From Eledone cirrhosa (lineage: Eukaryota): 64,000 nucleotides of DNA. The stretch is taken from assembly GCA_964016885.1 (NCBI GenBank), contig OZ024740.1:364932001-364996000 (forward strand), in the 5' to 3' direction. Below, piece after piece: positions 37,891 through 51,123 of the stretch. The position numbers and the translations under genes are program-made. Under the pieces are notes generated by a model. It ran no database searches. It was given only the letters and a program-made list of their open reading frames with translations, and had not been told where the DNA came from. The first letter of the stretch is position 1. Every line of letters starts with the position of its first letter.

Positions 37891-37929
<39 letters not shown>

Positions 37930-38594
37930 CTTCTAGTTGAGTGCTTAATTCGGTTTGTATAAGGGAATTTTTATTCCTTTGTTCCAAATTTTGAATTGAC
38001 CGCCAAAATCGGGGGTTACGTCCCTTTGGGAAAACCATGTGTTTGCTAGCAGCGCTTACTCTAGCATAAAACACCCGAGCGGACCAGAATGAAAAACTTG
38101 TTGACGAGGTAAACTCCATTGTTCTATCTTCAAAAACCATTAACTTGCAGACCCCTGCAAGTGGATTTTGTTGATTTCGGATTTACAGAAACCTAGCGGA
38201 GATATTGTGGATTATATGTGATGTATGTTATATGGTATATATTATATGTATTATGTGTTATGTATGATGTCGACGCAATGGTCCAGGTTAGTCAAATTTT
38301 TCCTGAGTTCAGTCTTTTTCGTGGCTATGGTCACTGCGGCCTTTCTATCGGTCAGTGTCTTCATTTTGCAAAGCTGTCTAAACGTAATGTTATAACTCTA
38401 GGGTTATATACCCTATCGAGTGCTTAGCTGTACACCGAAACTGCATTCGTGAGCTTGGCTGCAACCATGGCTTCGTTGATGCTGTATTAAATTTTTTATA
38501 TATATATATGTGTGTGTGTGTCTGATGGTAGCTAAGATGCTTCCACAGGCGGTATGCCGGTTGAGCACTCTATATTCTTACAGAGCAGAGTATG

Positions 38595-38894
38595 ATAGAA
38601 TATAACACGAAAAATCAGTGATGCATCTGAACTCAATTTATTGTGTGTTACAATTGTTTCACCGGCAGACAGCTCGAGACGCGATCATTGTGTGGATCTG
38701 TCTGATTCTGGACCTGCAGGTCTCTAGTGAGAGAATATGCTCCGAAATCATTAAACGTGTCCATCGAACCTGCGGGTCCAGAATCAGACAGATCCACACA
38801 ATGATCGCATCTCAAGCTGTCCGCCGGGGAAACAATTGTAACACACAATAAATTGAGTTCAGATGCATCACTGATTTTTCGTTTTCTATTCTAT
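38595..38894 (+). mobile_element. Short fold-back element containing the 3' half of a hammerhead-like core
   Basis: Arms at about 38607-38721 and 38768-38882; GAAA-CAATTG-TA-ACACAC at 38829-38846; no intact CTGANGA inside the unit. Confidence 0.55.
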
Positions 38895-38906
38895 ATTTAT
38901 ATATAT

Positions 38907-39018
<112 letters not shown>

Positions 39019-39339
39019 GAGAGGTATAGAGATTGTTTTAGCAAGAAGCTAACGGCATTCTATAACATATATGCGACTATAACGTCAAGATGGGAAAAGT
39101 AGTTAACGAAAGATTTAGGAAAAATAACTCAAACTCATCTCAAAAGAGAATCAGGATATAAATTCATCCACAGAATTTAGTGAAATCCAGGGAAAAATCT
39201 ATAGACCTTTAACTCATATATGAGTTGTAATAAAATGAAAACGAAATTTCATTTCTCACTCTTAGTACGGCACTTACTTAAATGTAAGTATGTATGTATA
39301 CGTACATACATATATGTATACAGACGTACAGTAGCATGC

Positions 39340-39434
<95 letters not shown>

Positions 39435-39585
39435 CAGGTACACATACATATATGTACGCATCAGTTTAGCGGACTCTTATTATAGCGCCCGCTTTGTTCG
39501 TTTGTAAACAAACTGAACAGCCTGAATTTATGCCGCACGGTGTTAAGGCAACCACGTCACCTTTTTGTTCAACACTGACACAGGA

Positions 39586-39628
39586 ACGATGTACTAGTTT
39601 CAAGCTTGTTAGCTATCATCAGCACCGT
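39586..39628 (-). ncRNA. Type I hammerhead ribozyme (inverted arm)
   Basis: Exact reverse complement of 3025-3067. Confidence 0.8.
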
Positions 39629-39862
39629 ATACCCATATAGTTGTACGTCTGTATACATATATGTATGTGCGTATACATACATACTTACATTTAAGTAAGT
39701 GCCGTACTAAGAGTGAGAAATGAAATTTCGTTTTCATTTTATTACAACTCATCGTTTTCGGTGCGCCTGACCGATTTAACTCACTCGATATGCAAATTAG
39801 GCTGCTCAGCCGTTAATTTTCATAAGGAAAGTATATACTTTACTATCTGGGTATATGGGTAT

Positions 39863-39905
39863 ACGGTGCTGATGATAGCTAACAAGCTTGAAACTAGTAC
39901 ATCGT
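39863..39905 (+). ncRNA. Type I hammerhead ribozyme
   Basis: Identical to 3025-3067. Confidence 0.8.
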
Positions 39906-40125
39906 TCCTGTGTCAGTGTTGAACAAAAAGGTGACGTGGTTGCCTTAACACCGTGCGGCATAAATTCAGGCTGTTCAGTTTGTTTACAAACGAACAAAGC
40001 GGGCGGTATAATAAGCGTCCGCTAAACTAATGCGTACATATATGTATGTGTACCTGTATGTATATATATATATATATATATATGCATGCTACTGTACGTC
40101 TGTATACATATATGTATGTACGTAT

Positions 40126-40171
<46 letters not shown>

Positions 40172-40208
40172 ACGTACATACATATATGTATACAGACGTA
40201 CAGTAGCA

Positions 40209-40247
<39 letters not shown>

Positions 40248-40251
<4 letters not shown>

Positions 40252-40440
40252 TTAATATAGATGAGATTCTACAGGACTAGAACTGTTTCATTCATTAGAA
40301 ATCATCAGATTCCTGATGATTTCTAATGAATGAAACAGTTCTAGTCCTGTAGAATCTCATCTATATTAAAACTGTTATACTCTGCTATGTATTGAGTACC
40401 TTACTTACTGTGGTTACCTCCGATTCAACCCGGAATAACG
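40248..40440 (+). mobile_element. Short PLE-type element with a perfect 61-bp fold-back centred on a hammerhead-like core
   Basis: Arms 40248-40308 and 40313-40373 around an ATTC loop; the right arm starts CTGATGA-TTTCTAATGAAT-GAAAC. The tail GTATTGAGTACC is shared with about 1668-1680 and 63930-64000 (-). Confidence 0.7.
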
Positions 40441-40658
40441 TATATATATATATATATATATGTAGATAAATCTACCAAGAGTTTACGGTAGTGTCCAATC
40501 CGTATGAAGAACTCAATGTAATCCGGATATCATGGAAAGAAGAGATGCAATGAAAAATCACTTTCGGTGAAAGATAAACGGAATACAGAGTCAAGATAAA
40601 ATATTAAAAAAATAATGAATAAAACAATGAAACAGTTCCTTATATTAAACAAAAAAAG

Positions 40659-40813
40659 TTCATTATTTAACGATCGTTTCTAGGATATATATGTGTTAGA
40701 ATTGGCATGCATATTCAACAGATCTATGTACAAAATTATACAAAATTATACAAACTATCAAAATTAAATATACATACCCAACACATATATATGCCGTCTT
40801 CAGAAATAATGAA
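40659..40813 (-). ncRNA. Type I hammerhead ribozyme with extended stem II in the PLE pseudo-LTR
   Basis: Minus strand: TTCATTATTT-CTGAAGA-CGGCATATATATGTGTTGG...CTAACACATATATATCCTA-GAAA-CGATCG-TT-AAATAATGAA. It has a 10-bp stem I, an approximately 15-bp stem II helix and a palindromic stem III. Confidence 0.75.
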
Positions 40814-41417
40814 ATATATTTATTGATAATAACAACAATTCAAAATTTCAGGTCCGTTTGGGAACAGAGTTCAAATTGACCAATGAAAATACAAAAAATT
40901 TTATGCAGTTTGGTGTGTGTATATACATGTAATTAACCTCGTACACATATTTACATAAAGATATATGTTCACATGCATACGCATGCCAAAAAGATGTATG
41001 CAAATACACAAATTCAAGGCTAATGTCTCTGTAAGTCTATAATCCACAGATAAAATGCGTATAGACACATAAATATGAAATAAATGTATACACACATTCA
41101 TATACTCACACATATTCGTACACTCACACACACACGCGCGTATATGCATAAACATACACATAACTACGAACATACATACACACACACACCCCCACACACA
41201 TATATATGTGCATATAGTATTATCATAAGCATATGGACATTAATGCACGCACATAAACACTGCCACACATATTTAGATCAGGATACAGAAATTAGGTGGG
41301 AGGGGGGGGAGAGGTCAGTATTCAACGGTTTCGGCAGACTGCCTATTTATAGATGTATCTATAAACTTAGAAATAAAAAGAAAAGAAAAAGAAAAAAGAA
41401 AAAAGAAATATATCAAG

Positions 41418-41559
<142 letters not shown>

Positions 41560-42265
41560 CACACATACACACACACACACACACATATATATACATATAC
41601 ATATATATATACACATATATACACACATACATATATATATACATATACATATACACATATATACACACACATATATACACACACACATATATATATATAT
41701 ATACACACATATACATACACACACATATATATATATACAAACAAGTAAAATATAAAGTATACATCGATATACATACATATAGACATATAAATAAATACAC
41801 ACGCATACACACACATACATATACATACATATACATACACATATATATAAACACATACATACACATACATATACATACACATACCATATAAATACACATA
41901 CACATACATAATGAACTTTTTTTGTTTAATATAAGGAACTGTTTCATTGTTTTATTCATTATTTTTTTAATATTTTATCTTGACTCTGTATTCCGTTTAT
42001 CTTTCACCGAAAGTGATTTTTCATTGCATCTCTTCTTTCCATGATATCCGGATTACATTGAGTTCTTCATACGGATTGGACACTACCGTAAACTCTTGGT
42101 AGATTTATCTACATAATTTTGCTCCTATTTTCACGGAAATATTCGTATTTTTGTACTGTATGTGTGTATTAATTTTATATTTATGTATATACATATATAT
42201 GTATGATTTTGTAAACCCATATACATTTAGTTGAGCTCTTTCAATTGTCCATCATCCATATCACA

Positions 42266-44707
42266 ATGGAAAAACAATATTTGGGAACCTCTTTAAAGAA
42301 CATACCAATACCTTCTAAGGATGACTTCTTACTCCTTATGATTCAAAAAACTAATAATTTTATCAGAAGGGTTAGATGGAGGGCCTACCACTTCGATAAA
42401 AAATCTAAATATGCAGATGGAAAATATATGTATGATTTCAATACTTACAAGAATCCACCACACAACTCTTTACTTGAAGACTTTGAGAAAGACCTTTTTA
42501 ATTTAATTAAACACCTCAAATTTAAAAAGTATAAATCCGTCTTTCAAAAGGACCTTGATTCTACCCTATTGGACCTAAAAAAGTCTAAAAAAATCCATGT
42601 CCACTCGGACAAAACTGGTAACTTGTATCACATGGATATTGAAGATTATAATGAGTTCATATATAAAGAACTCAGGAAAAATTATAAAAAATCTAATAAT
42701 GCGTCACTCACCAACATCAACAACAAAACACACAACATAGTAAAAAAACTAAACATTGAAGATAGAACTGAACCTTTGGCATTGAAAAGACCACACTTCA
42801 ACCCGAAGGATCATAAATCAAACTTTAACTCAAATCCTTCTATAAGACTTATATGTCCCTCCAAATCAGATATTGGAATAATTAGCAAAAAAATTTTGGA
42901 TAGAGTCATCCCACAAATAAGAAAACACGTTATTTTACCACTCTGGGAAAACACTTCCCAGGTAATTAACTGGTTTAAAAATATTAGATGTAAATCTTCT
43001 GCTTCATTTCTACAATTTGATATAGATAATTACTATTCTTCTATATCACCTATACTCCTGAACAAAGCATTGATATTTGCTAAAAATAGATCTAACTTAA
43101 CTTTGGATGACATTAATATGATTACACATGCTAGACTAACACTTATTGAATTTCAGAATGAATACTGGACCAGAAACACATATAGTAATCTATTTGATAT
43201 TACTATGGGTTCAAGCGATTCCGCCCAAATTACTGATCTTGTGGGCCTCTTTCTCCTTTTCAACATAAATGCCTCCTTTCCCCACCTTAAAGGTGGTTTA
43301 TATCGTGATGACTGTCTTCTTCTTTCCAACAACCTTAGCCTTTCAGAAATAGAAAAAAACAAAAAGCATATTAGAACTTTCCTTAAAGACTATTATAGTC
43401 TTCATATTACTTTTGAAAAAACAAGTAAAGTAGTAAATTTCCTAGATATAACTTTAGACTTAGCTACGGGTATCTACCAACCTTACCATAAACCCAACCA
43501 AAACTTACATTACATACACTCACAATCTAATCACCCTAAATCTATCCTTAAAAACCTTGCATATAATATATCACTTAGAATTTCTAACCTTTCTTCTAAC
43601 CAAGATGTATTTGATAAAAATGCGACCTTCTATAACGAAGCTCTAGATAGAAGTGGCCACAAAAATAGATTAGAATATATACCTTCTACTAAAAATACTA
43701 AAAACATACAACCTAATATTACCAACAAACACCAAATGAAAAGTACACACCTAAATGCCACCCACACTATACCCCAAAATACCAAATCTTCTAATATAAA
43801 ATATAGTAACTCTCAAAAAACTACTCATCATACAACTCTAATAAATATTAATAATAAAACTCCTAATAAAAAAGATAAAACACCTAAATCTACAAATATA
43901 ACTAAAAATGGTTGTGGTGAGATCATTAACATTAATCCTCCTAGTAAACATCACGATACAACCTATAAAAATAATAAAAATAATAAACAACATAGAAACC
44001 GTAATAGACGGGTTACTTGGTATAATGCTCCATTTAATTTACAAATTAAGGATAATATTGCTAAAAAAATTTTTTATATCCTAGAGAAAAACTTCCCGCC
44101 AAACCACAAATACCATCAAATCTTAAATAGGTCTACAGTTAAATTCTCATACTCAACAACAAATAACATAAAACAAAATATAAGTGCCTATAATGCATAT
44201 AAATGTAAGAAAACCATAAGTATACCACCAATACATCAAACTAACCATAATATCTCCTCAAATACAGAATTAACGAAAGGTTGTAACTGTAGAAACAAAG
44301 CAAACTGCCCATTAAAAGGAAATTGTCTTGTTAACAACATAGTTTATAAATGTAATGTTAAAACTAAAGATTCTATTTGCTCATATATAGGAGCTACTTC
44401 TAACAATTTTAAGACAAGGTTTAATACCCACAAACATAGTTTTAAAAATGCCGCACTGGCTAATACAACATCTCTAGCAGAAAAAATCAATAGTTATAAA
44501 AATAAGAATATAGAATATGATTTGACCTGGAGTGTGCTCAAAAGAGCCACCCCTTATCAAAATAATAGAAATGAATGTAGATTATGTTCCCAAGAACTAT
44601 TTGAAATAATGAAATCTAAGGATATCCTATTAAATAAACGACAGGAATTAATTATATCGTGTAATCATAAACTAAAAAAAACATTTAAATATTATAAACC
44701 TAATTAA
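42266..44707 (+). CDS. Penelope-like reverse transcriptase with C-terminal GIY-YIG endonuclease
   Basis: Uninterrupted ORF (first ATG 42266). RT motifs SLKNIPIPS, SDKTGN, FDIDNYYSSI, MGS, LYRDD, VNFLDI, SNHP. Linker CNC-x5-C-x5-C, then IVY...YIG.T...FKTRF..H and a C-terminal CRLCSQE. Confidence 0.92.
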   Translation: MEKQYLGTSLKNIPIPSKDDFLLLMIQKTNNFIRRVRWRAYHFDKKSKYADGKYMYDFNTYKNPPHNSLLEDFEKDLFNLIKHLKFKKYKSVFQKDLDSTLLDLKKSKKIHVHSDKTGNLYHMDIEDYNEFIYKELRKNYKKSNNASLTNINNKTHNIVKKLNIEDRTEPLALKRPHFNPKDHKSNFNSNPSIRLICPSKSDIGIISKKILDRVIPQIRKHVILPLWENTSQVINWFKNIRCKSSASFLQFDIDNYYSSISPILLNKALIFAKNRSNLTLDDINMITHARLTLIEFQNEYWTRNTYSNLFDITMGSSDSAQITDLVGLFLLFNINASFPHLKGGLYRDDCLLLSNNLSLSEIEKNKKHIRTFLKDYYSLHITFEKTSKVVNFLDITLDLATGIYQPYHKPNQNLHYIHSQSNHPKSILKNLAYNISLRISNLSSNQDVFDKNATFYNEALDRSGHKNRLEYIPSTKNTKNIQPNITNKHQMKSTHLNATHTIPQNTKSSNIKYSNSQKTTHHTTLININNKTPNKKDKTPKSTNITKNGCGEIININPPSKHHDTTYKNNKNNKQHRNRNRRVTWYNAPFNLQIKDNIAKKIFYILEKNFPPNHKYHQILNRSTVKFSYSTTNNIKQNISAYNAYKCKKTISIPPIHQTNHNISSNTELTKGCNCRNKANCPLKGNCLVNNIVYKCNVKTKDSICSYIGATSNNFKTRFNTHKHSFKNAALANTTSLAEKINSYKNKNIEYDLTWSVLKRATPYQNNRNECRLCSQELFEIMKSKDILLNKRQELIISCNHKLKKTFKYYKPN

Positions 44708-45900
44708 TAACATTATTTTAGAAATTAATATATAATTTAATTTAAATGTTAGTTAACCTATAAATTTAATTTAATTAAAATTCTACTACAGATGAGAATA
44801 TAAAATATTGTGTAATCATAAATTGTGAAAAACCTTTAAATATTACTAATATATACTTAGTAATTTAATTTATAGATTAATTTTAATTTATTTAACCCTT
44901 TATTAAAATTCCTTTACAGATAAAATATAACAAAATATCGTGTATTCAATGACAGAGAAATAATTTTTAGTATTATAGACCTAATTAATATACATTTTAG
45001 AAATATATTTATAATTTGGTTTTAAATTTGGTCAACCTAAAAATTTAATTTAATTGGCTTAAAATTAGTATCCTAATACAGACGGATTGCAGAGTGTCAT
45101 GTAATCATAGAATGGGATGGGTTTTGGATGTATACCTAGTTAATATATTCTTTGCAATTTTTGAAAAAATATGTATATGTATGTATATATGTGTATGTGT
45201 ATGTATGTATATATATGTGTATATATATATGTATGTATATGTATATGTGCATGTATTAATTTTAATTTCTGTTTACATATAATTATATTCTACTATTGAT
45301 AAAATACAATATCTGTTTTATTTATTATATACCTAATTAACATATACTATAGAAATTAATATATAATTTTTAATTTAGTTAACCTATAATTTATATTCTA
45401 CTACCGATGTAATACTTTATTTGTTTTTTCCCTATTACTAAATTCATTTCCTAATATTGATACCATAACGTTAATAATTTTAATTTAGTTATACTATAAT
45501 TAATACTCTACTACTATTTAACTTCAAAATTCTGCTTCAAATATTATAAACCTAAGTAATTTACACCTTAGAAATCAATATATTAACTATCTTTAGTTTA
45601 GTTAACCTATAATTAATGGTATACTTATATTGAAATGCATAATTTTGCCTTCTTTCTTGCATTTCCTAATACTGAAACTATGTAAACACATATTGAGATC
45701 CAAATACAGATTAATATTCTATGTTTCTTGAAACATATATTTACTATAATCCCCCCCCCCCTACTATTATTATTTGTATTTGTAAGCGTGTATGTATGTA
45801 TGTATATGTAGGTAGGTGTATATATGTTTGTGTGTTTATTTGTAAGTATAAAAATACATATATGCGCATGCAAATAAGGGTGTATGATTGTGTGTATATA

Positions 45901-45963
<63 letters not shown>

Positions 45964-46186
45964 ATACGTGTATGTATATATATGTATGTGTGTATGTATG
46001 TGTGTGTATATATGTGTATGTATATGTATGTCTCTCTATATATATGTGTATCTTTGTATCTATGTGGGTATATGTGTGTATGTACATGTATGCACATGTA
46101 TATGTCTATGTGTATATGTGTGTATGTGTATATGTGTACGTATGTGCGCATATATATGTGAGTGTGTGTGTGTGTATATATATGTA

Positions 46187-46221
<35 letters not shown>

Positions 46222-46365
46222 TATTATTATAATATAATATATGTATATATATATATATGTGAAAATATGTATATGTGTGTGTATATATCTATATATATAT
46301 ATATATTGTATATTTGTAGTTGATGTGTGTATATGTATGTATATATATGTGTGTGTGTATGTATG

Positions 46366-46396
<31 letters not shown>

Positions 46397-46465
46397 GTGT
46401 GTGTGTGTATATATATATATACATATATGTATATGTATGTGTGTGCATATTTGTCTGACTGTGTG

Positions 46466-46497
<32 letters not shown>

Positions 46498-46722
46498 ATA
46501 TATATGTATGTGTATGTGTATGTATGTATGTATGTATGTGTGTGCATGTCTATATATGTGTGTGTGTATGTGTATGTATGTATATATATGTATATAGAAT
46601 CGTAAAAGCACATATCGTCAGTATACATATGTGGATGTACACTTCTAACTTAATTGTTTAAGCGTCAGTCATACAAAAGTGAGTTACAAACGAAACGAAA
46701 TTTAATTTCGTTTCGTTATTTG

Positions 46723-47405
<683 letters not shown>

Positions 47406-47964
47406 ATATATATAGGAAAAGAGTCAGGACCCCGACGGCTGAGCTCCGGCCGTTTCGACAGCTTTTTGGTCCACCTGGTTCCTTACCACACTTTCTTTGT
47501 TATATATATATATATACACATATACAATAGCAACAATGATGTATAAATTTTTGCTATTAAAATTGTATAAGCTTAACCATAGAGCAAAGAATCCTTATAA
47601 TAATATCTACACTCTACTTTCTTAAGCATAGAATACTAAGTTGAATAATGGTTTTACTGGTCATAACTAGTAACATCTCATCCATCTATATAGAAATTTA
47701 TATAAACTTTTATCTTTCAACTTCATATGTTCTATTCTGCAAAATATATAACACCAAGTCATAACATGTAACCCAGCTCTTTCTTTCTCATATTTATTTA
47801 TAAATAAGTCCTCTGGCCTATCTTTAGCAGCTCCACTATACGATTGATGCCTGTGGCTCACCTCTCATTTTAAATCATACCTACCCCTATTCACCACCAT
47901 ATCCTGCTAGACCAATCAAGCAACAGTAGAGTGAAAATGTCTTAACTCATAGTCTATCACAAGA

Positions 47965-48003
<39 letters not shown>

Positions 48004-48035
48004 TCTACTACTACTACTACTAGTACTACTACTAG

Positions 48036-48073
<38 letters not shown>

Positions 48074-48168
48074 GTACTACTAATACTGCTGCTGCTGCTG
48101 ATGCTGCTACTACTACTACTGTTACTACTACTACTACTACTACTACTACTGCTACTATCACCACCACC
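47965..48168. repeat. (TAC)n/(TGC)n trinucleotide repeat
   Basis: Seen directly. Confidence 0.95.
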
Positions 48169-48239
48169 GCTGAATAGTAAGCAGCAAGAACTCACGGGAA
48201 ACAAGAACTATCAAATGCACAGAGGGCTCCGCAAAAATA

Positions 48240-50600
48240 GTTGATAGCTTCTGTTACCAGAGTCACCAAATTAGCAATGGAGGTGAATGTTCTGAAAGTA
48301 CAGTAGCCAGAGTGAAAACAGAATGGAAACAGTTCAGGGGGCTACTGCCACTGCTAGCTACAAAAGGTGTTTTTCTTCGAAATGAAAGGTAGATTTTATG
48401 ATGCTTGTGTATGAATAGAAATGAGAGCTGGGCACTGTGTGGAAGGGACCTATGAAGATTGGAAAGAAATTAAGTTTGCATGATCCACTAAATATGTAAT
48501 GACAAAGCGTAAATGAACTGAGAGAGAAACTGGGCGTTAGTGCTGTTAGATGCAGTGTGTAGAAGAGGAGATTGTAGTGGTATCGACATGTGATGTGTAT
48601 AGAGGATAAAAGCTGTTTAAAAGGTGCAAGGCACTCGAAGTTGAAGGAAACTATGGAAGAGGAAGACCTAGGAAAGCTTGGGATGAAGTGATAAAAGCTA
48701 ACCTTGCACAATTAAATCTCTCAAAGGTGATGACAGGACCAAGATCTCTGGCAATATACTGTACTGCAGAAAGACCTACCTTCACATGTGCACAGGATGA
48801 AACAAAAATCTGGAGAAAAGTGTTTGAAATGACATTGGTGAACTTTAGCACTATTGATGCTCAAAAGAGAGATCTGGAAATGTTATCATGAAAGGTTGAT
48901 GAATGTGGAGAATAAATGGGAGTAAGAGAGACTACCTCCAGCTGACCCAACAGAGGGGCCAGCTATTGAAATTGATAATTATAAAATCAAAAAAGTAATC
49001 AAAGAGATGAAGATTGGTAAAGCTGCTGACGCAGTCACACTCAATGATTGGCACTGCAGCACATCATAAATTGTTACAAGGGAAAAGGCAATGTTCTAAA
49101 AAGGAGCAACTACAGGGGAATAAAAATAATGGACTAAGTTATGAAATTAGGGAAAGAGTCAAATTAGATGAGATGCAGTTTGGTTTTGTGCCTGGGAGAA
49201 GTACCACAGATACCCTCTTCCAAGTGAGACAACTACAAGAGAAATTCCTAGCCAATAATAAGTTACTATATTTAGCTTTTGTTGATCTAGAGAAGGCCAT
49301 TGACAGAGTATCTCGATCTGTCATCTGGTAGTCCTTAAGGAAATTAGGTGCAGAAGAATATCTTGTGAAAGCCATGTACTGAAAAGTTGTCAGTAACGTA
49401 AGAGTAGGAAGTGAGTTGAATGAGGAATTTATCAGGGTTTGGTCCTCAGCTCACTTCTGTTCATTATAGTTCTCCATTATAGTAACAGAGGAGTTTAAGA
49501 TTGGCTGGAAGTGGGAACTTCTTTATGCAGATGACCAGGTTCTTATAGCTGAATCCATAAAAGAACTAGAGAATATGTTCTGACAGAGGAAACAGAATTT
49601 GAAATCAAAAGGGGCTGAGAGTAAACATAGAAAAACTAAAGTGTTAGTAAGTAGGAAAGAAGACAGTACTCTGATCTCATCAGGGAAGTGACTTTGTTCG
49701 ATATGCAGAAAAGGGGTAGGTGGTAACTCCATATGATGTACACAAGAGGTGTAATGGGATAGCAGGCAGATTAACTTTGTATGCAAAAAATGCACAAGGG
49801 TAATTGATGAAGTTTAGAGAGCTACTCCTTCTGTTGACAACAAAAGATTTCTCCCTATGAAAGAAAGGATGGCTGTATGATGCCTGTGTGGGAAATGCAA
49901 TGCTGCATGTGTGTGTGTGTGACAGCTCCCACCTTTGCAGGTTTAGCTGACCTCCTCCAAGGTATATCTCGTTGGAGGTCTCTTGGGTAATTTAATGATA
50001 GAGACCCCAGTCCTATCATCTCATTTCTACAGCTGAGTAAACTGGAGCAACGTGAAATAAAGTGTCTTGCTTAAGGAAACAACACATCACCCGGTCCGAG
50101 AATTGGACTCACAACCTTTCGATTGCGAGCCCAATGCTCTAACCACTAAGCCTTCACATGCTGCATGGTAGTGAAACATGGGCAGTATATACAGAGTATA
50201 TGTGAAAGCTGGAGAAAAATGATATAGGTATGTTTCAATGGATGTGCAATATTAATGTGAGTGAATGACAGCTTGGATGAACAGAGGAAGAAGCTTGGTT
50301 TATGAGGAATTTGAAGTAGCGTGCAAGAAAGAAGATAACATTGATATAGATATGTGATGCACATGGATAATGATTGCTGGGTGAAGAAGTGCCAGGAAAT
50401 GCCAGTAGAAGGAAGCTACAGTAGAGGTAAACCAAAGAAGACCTGGACTGAGGTGGTAAGAGCTGATCTCAAATCACTGAAACTCACGGAGGTGATGATG
50501 AAGGAATGCAATGTGTTGAGAGATGCTGTGCTAAAAAGGACCTGTCCAACCCATGCAAGTGTGGAAAAGGATACATAAAAATGATGATGGTCATCATGAT
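48240..50600 (+). pseudogene. Cluster of decayed RTE-like LINE fragments
   Basis: LDEMQFGFVPGRSTTD, LYLAFVDLEKAIDRV, LLYADD and GKPKKTW motifs; the 3' part is homologous to 30790-31270; interrupted by a SINE. Confidence 0.75.
49910..50157 (-). mobile_element. SINE with a family A head and a different, (CA)n-ended tail; 10-bp target-site duplication
   Basis: ATGCTGCATG is duplicated at 49900-49909 and 50158-50167; the head matches family A up to GGGGTCTCTATCATT. Confidence 0.8.
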
Positions 50601-50607
50601 GACTATG

Positions 50608-50646
<39 letters not shown>

Positions 50647-51060
50647 TCATCATCGTTTAACGTCCATATTCCACGCTTGCATGGGTTTGGACAGGAGTTT
50701 TCCCACTTGAGGCAAGAGTGGTTGTCTTGCTCGCATAGGACTGTCTGGCGGGTTTTCTACGGCTGGATGCCCTTCCTAACACCAACCACATTTACAGTGT
50801 GGGTCTGGGAGGTTTTTACCGTGTTACCTACACGGCCACATTACAGCGTGGACTGTGTGTTTTTTTTGTCATGACACCTACACGACCTCATTTGTTTCAG
50901 CCTGGATGTTGTGGTACCAACATAACTTTACATTGAAAGGGGCGGTGTGGATGGGGTGGGGGTAGTGGGACGGGGGTGTATTTTGTTAGAGGTGCCTACT
51001 GACTGTAGTAGGTTTTACTTTGTATTTAGGTAAGGCGGGTCTTCTCTATTACTGTGTAGC

Positions 51061-51123
<63 letters not shown>

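Larger units (their letters stand above)
39220..40212 (+). mobile_element. Retrozyme-like element, locus 2: inverted arm 39220-39638 plus a permuted sense monomer (period 451 bp)
   Basis: High identity to locus 1; HHRs on both strands; an additional short inversion at about 40167-40212. Confidence 0.8.
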
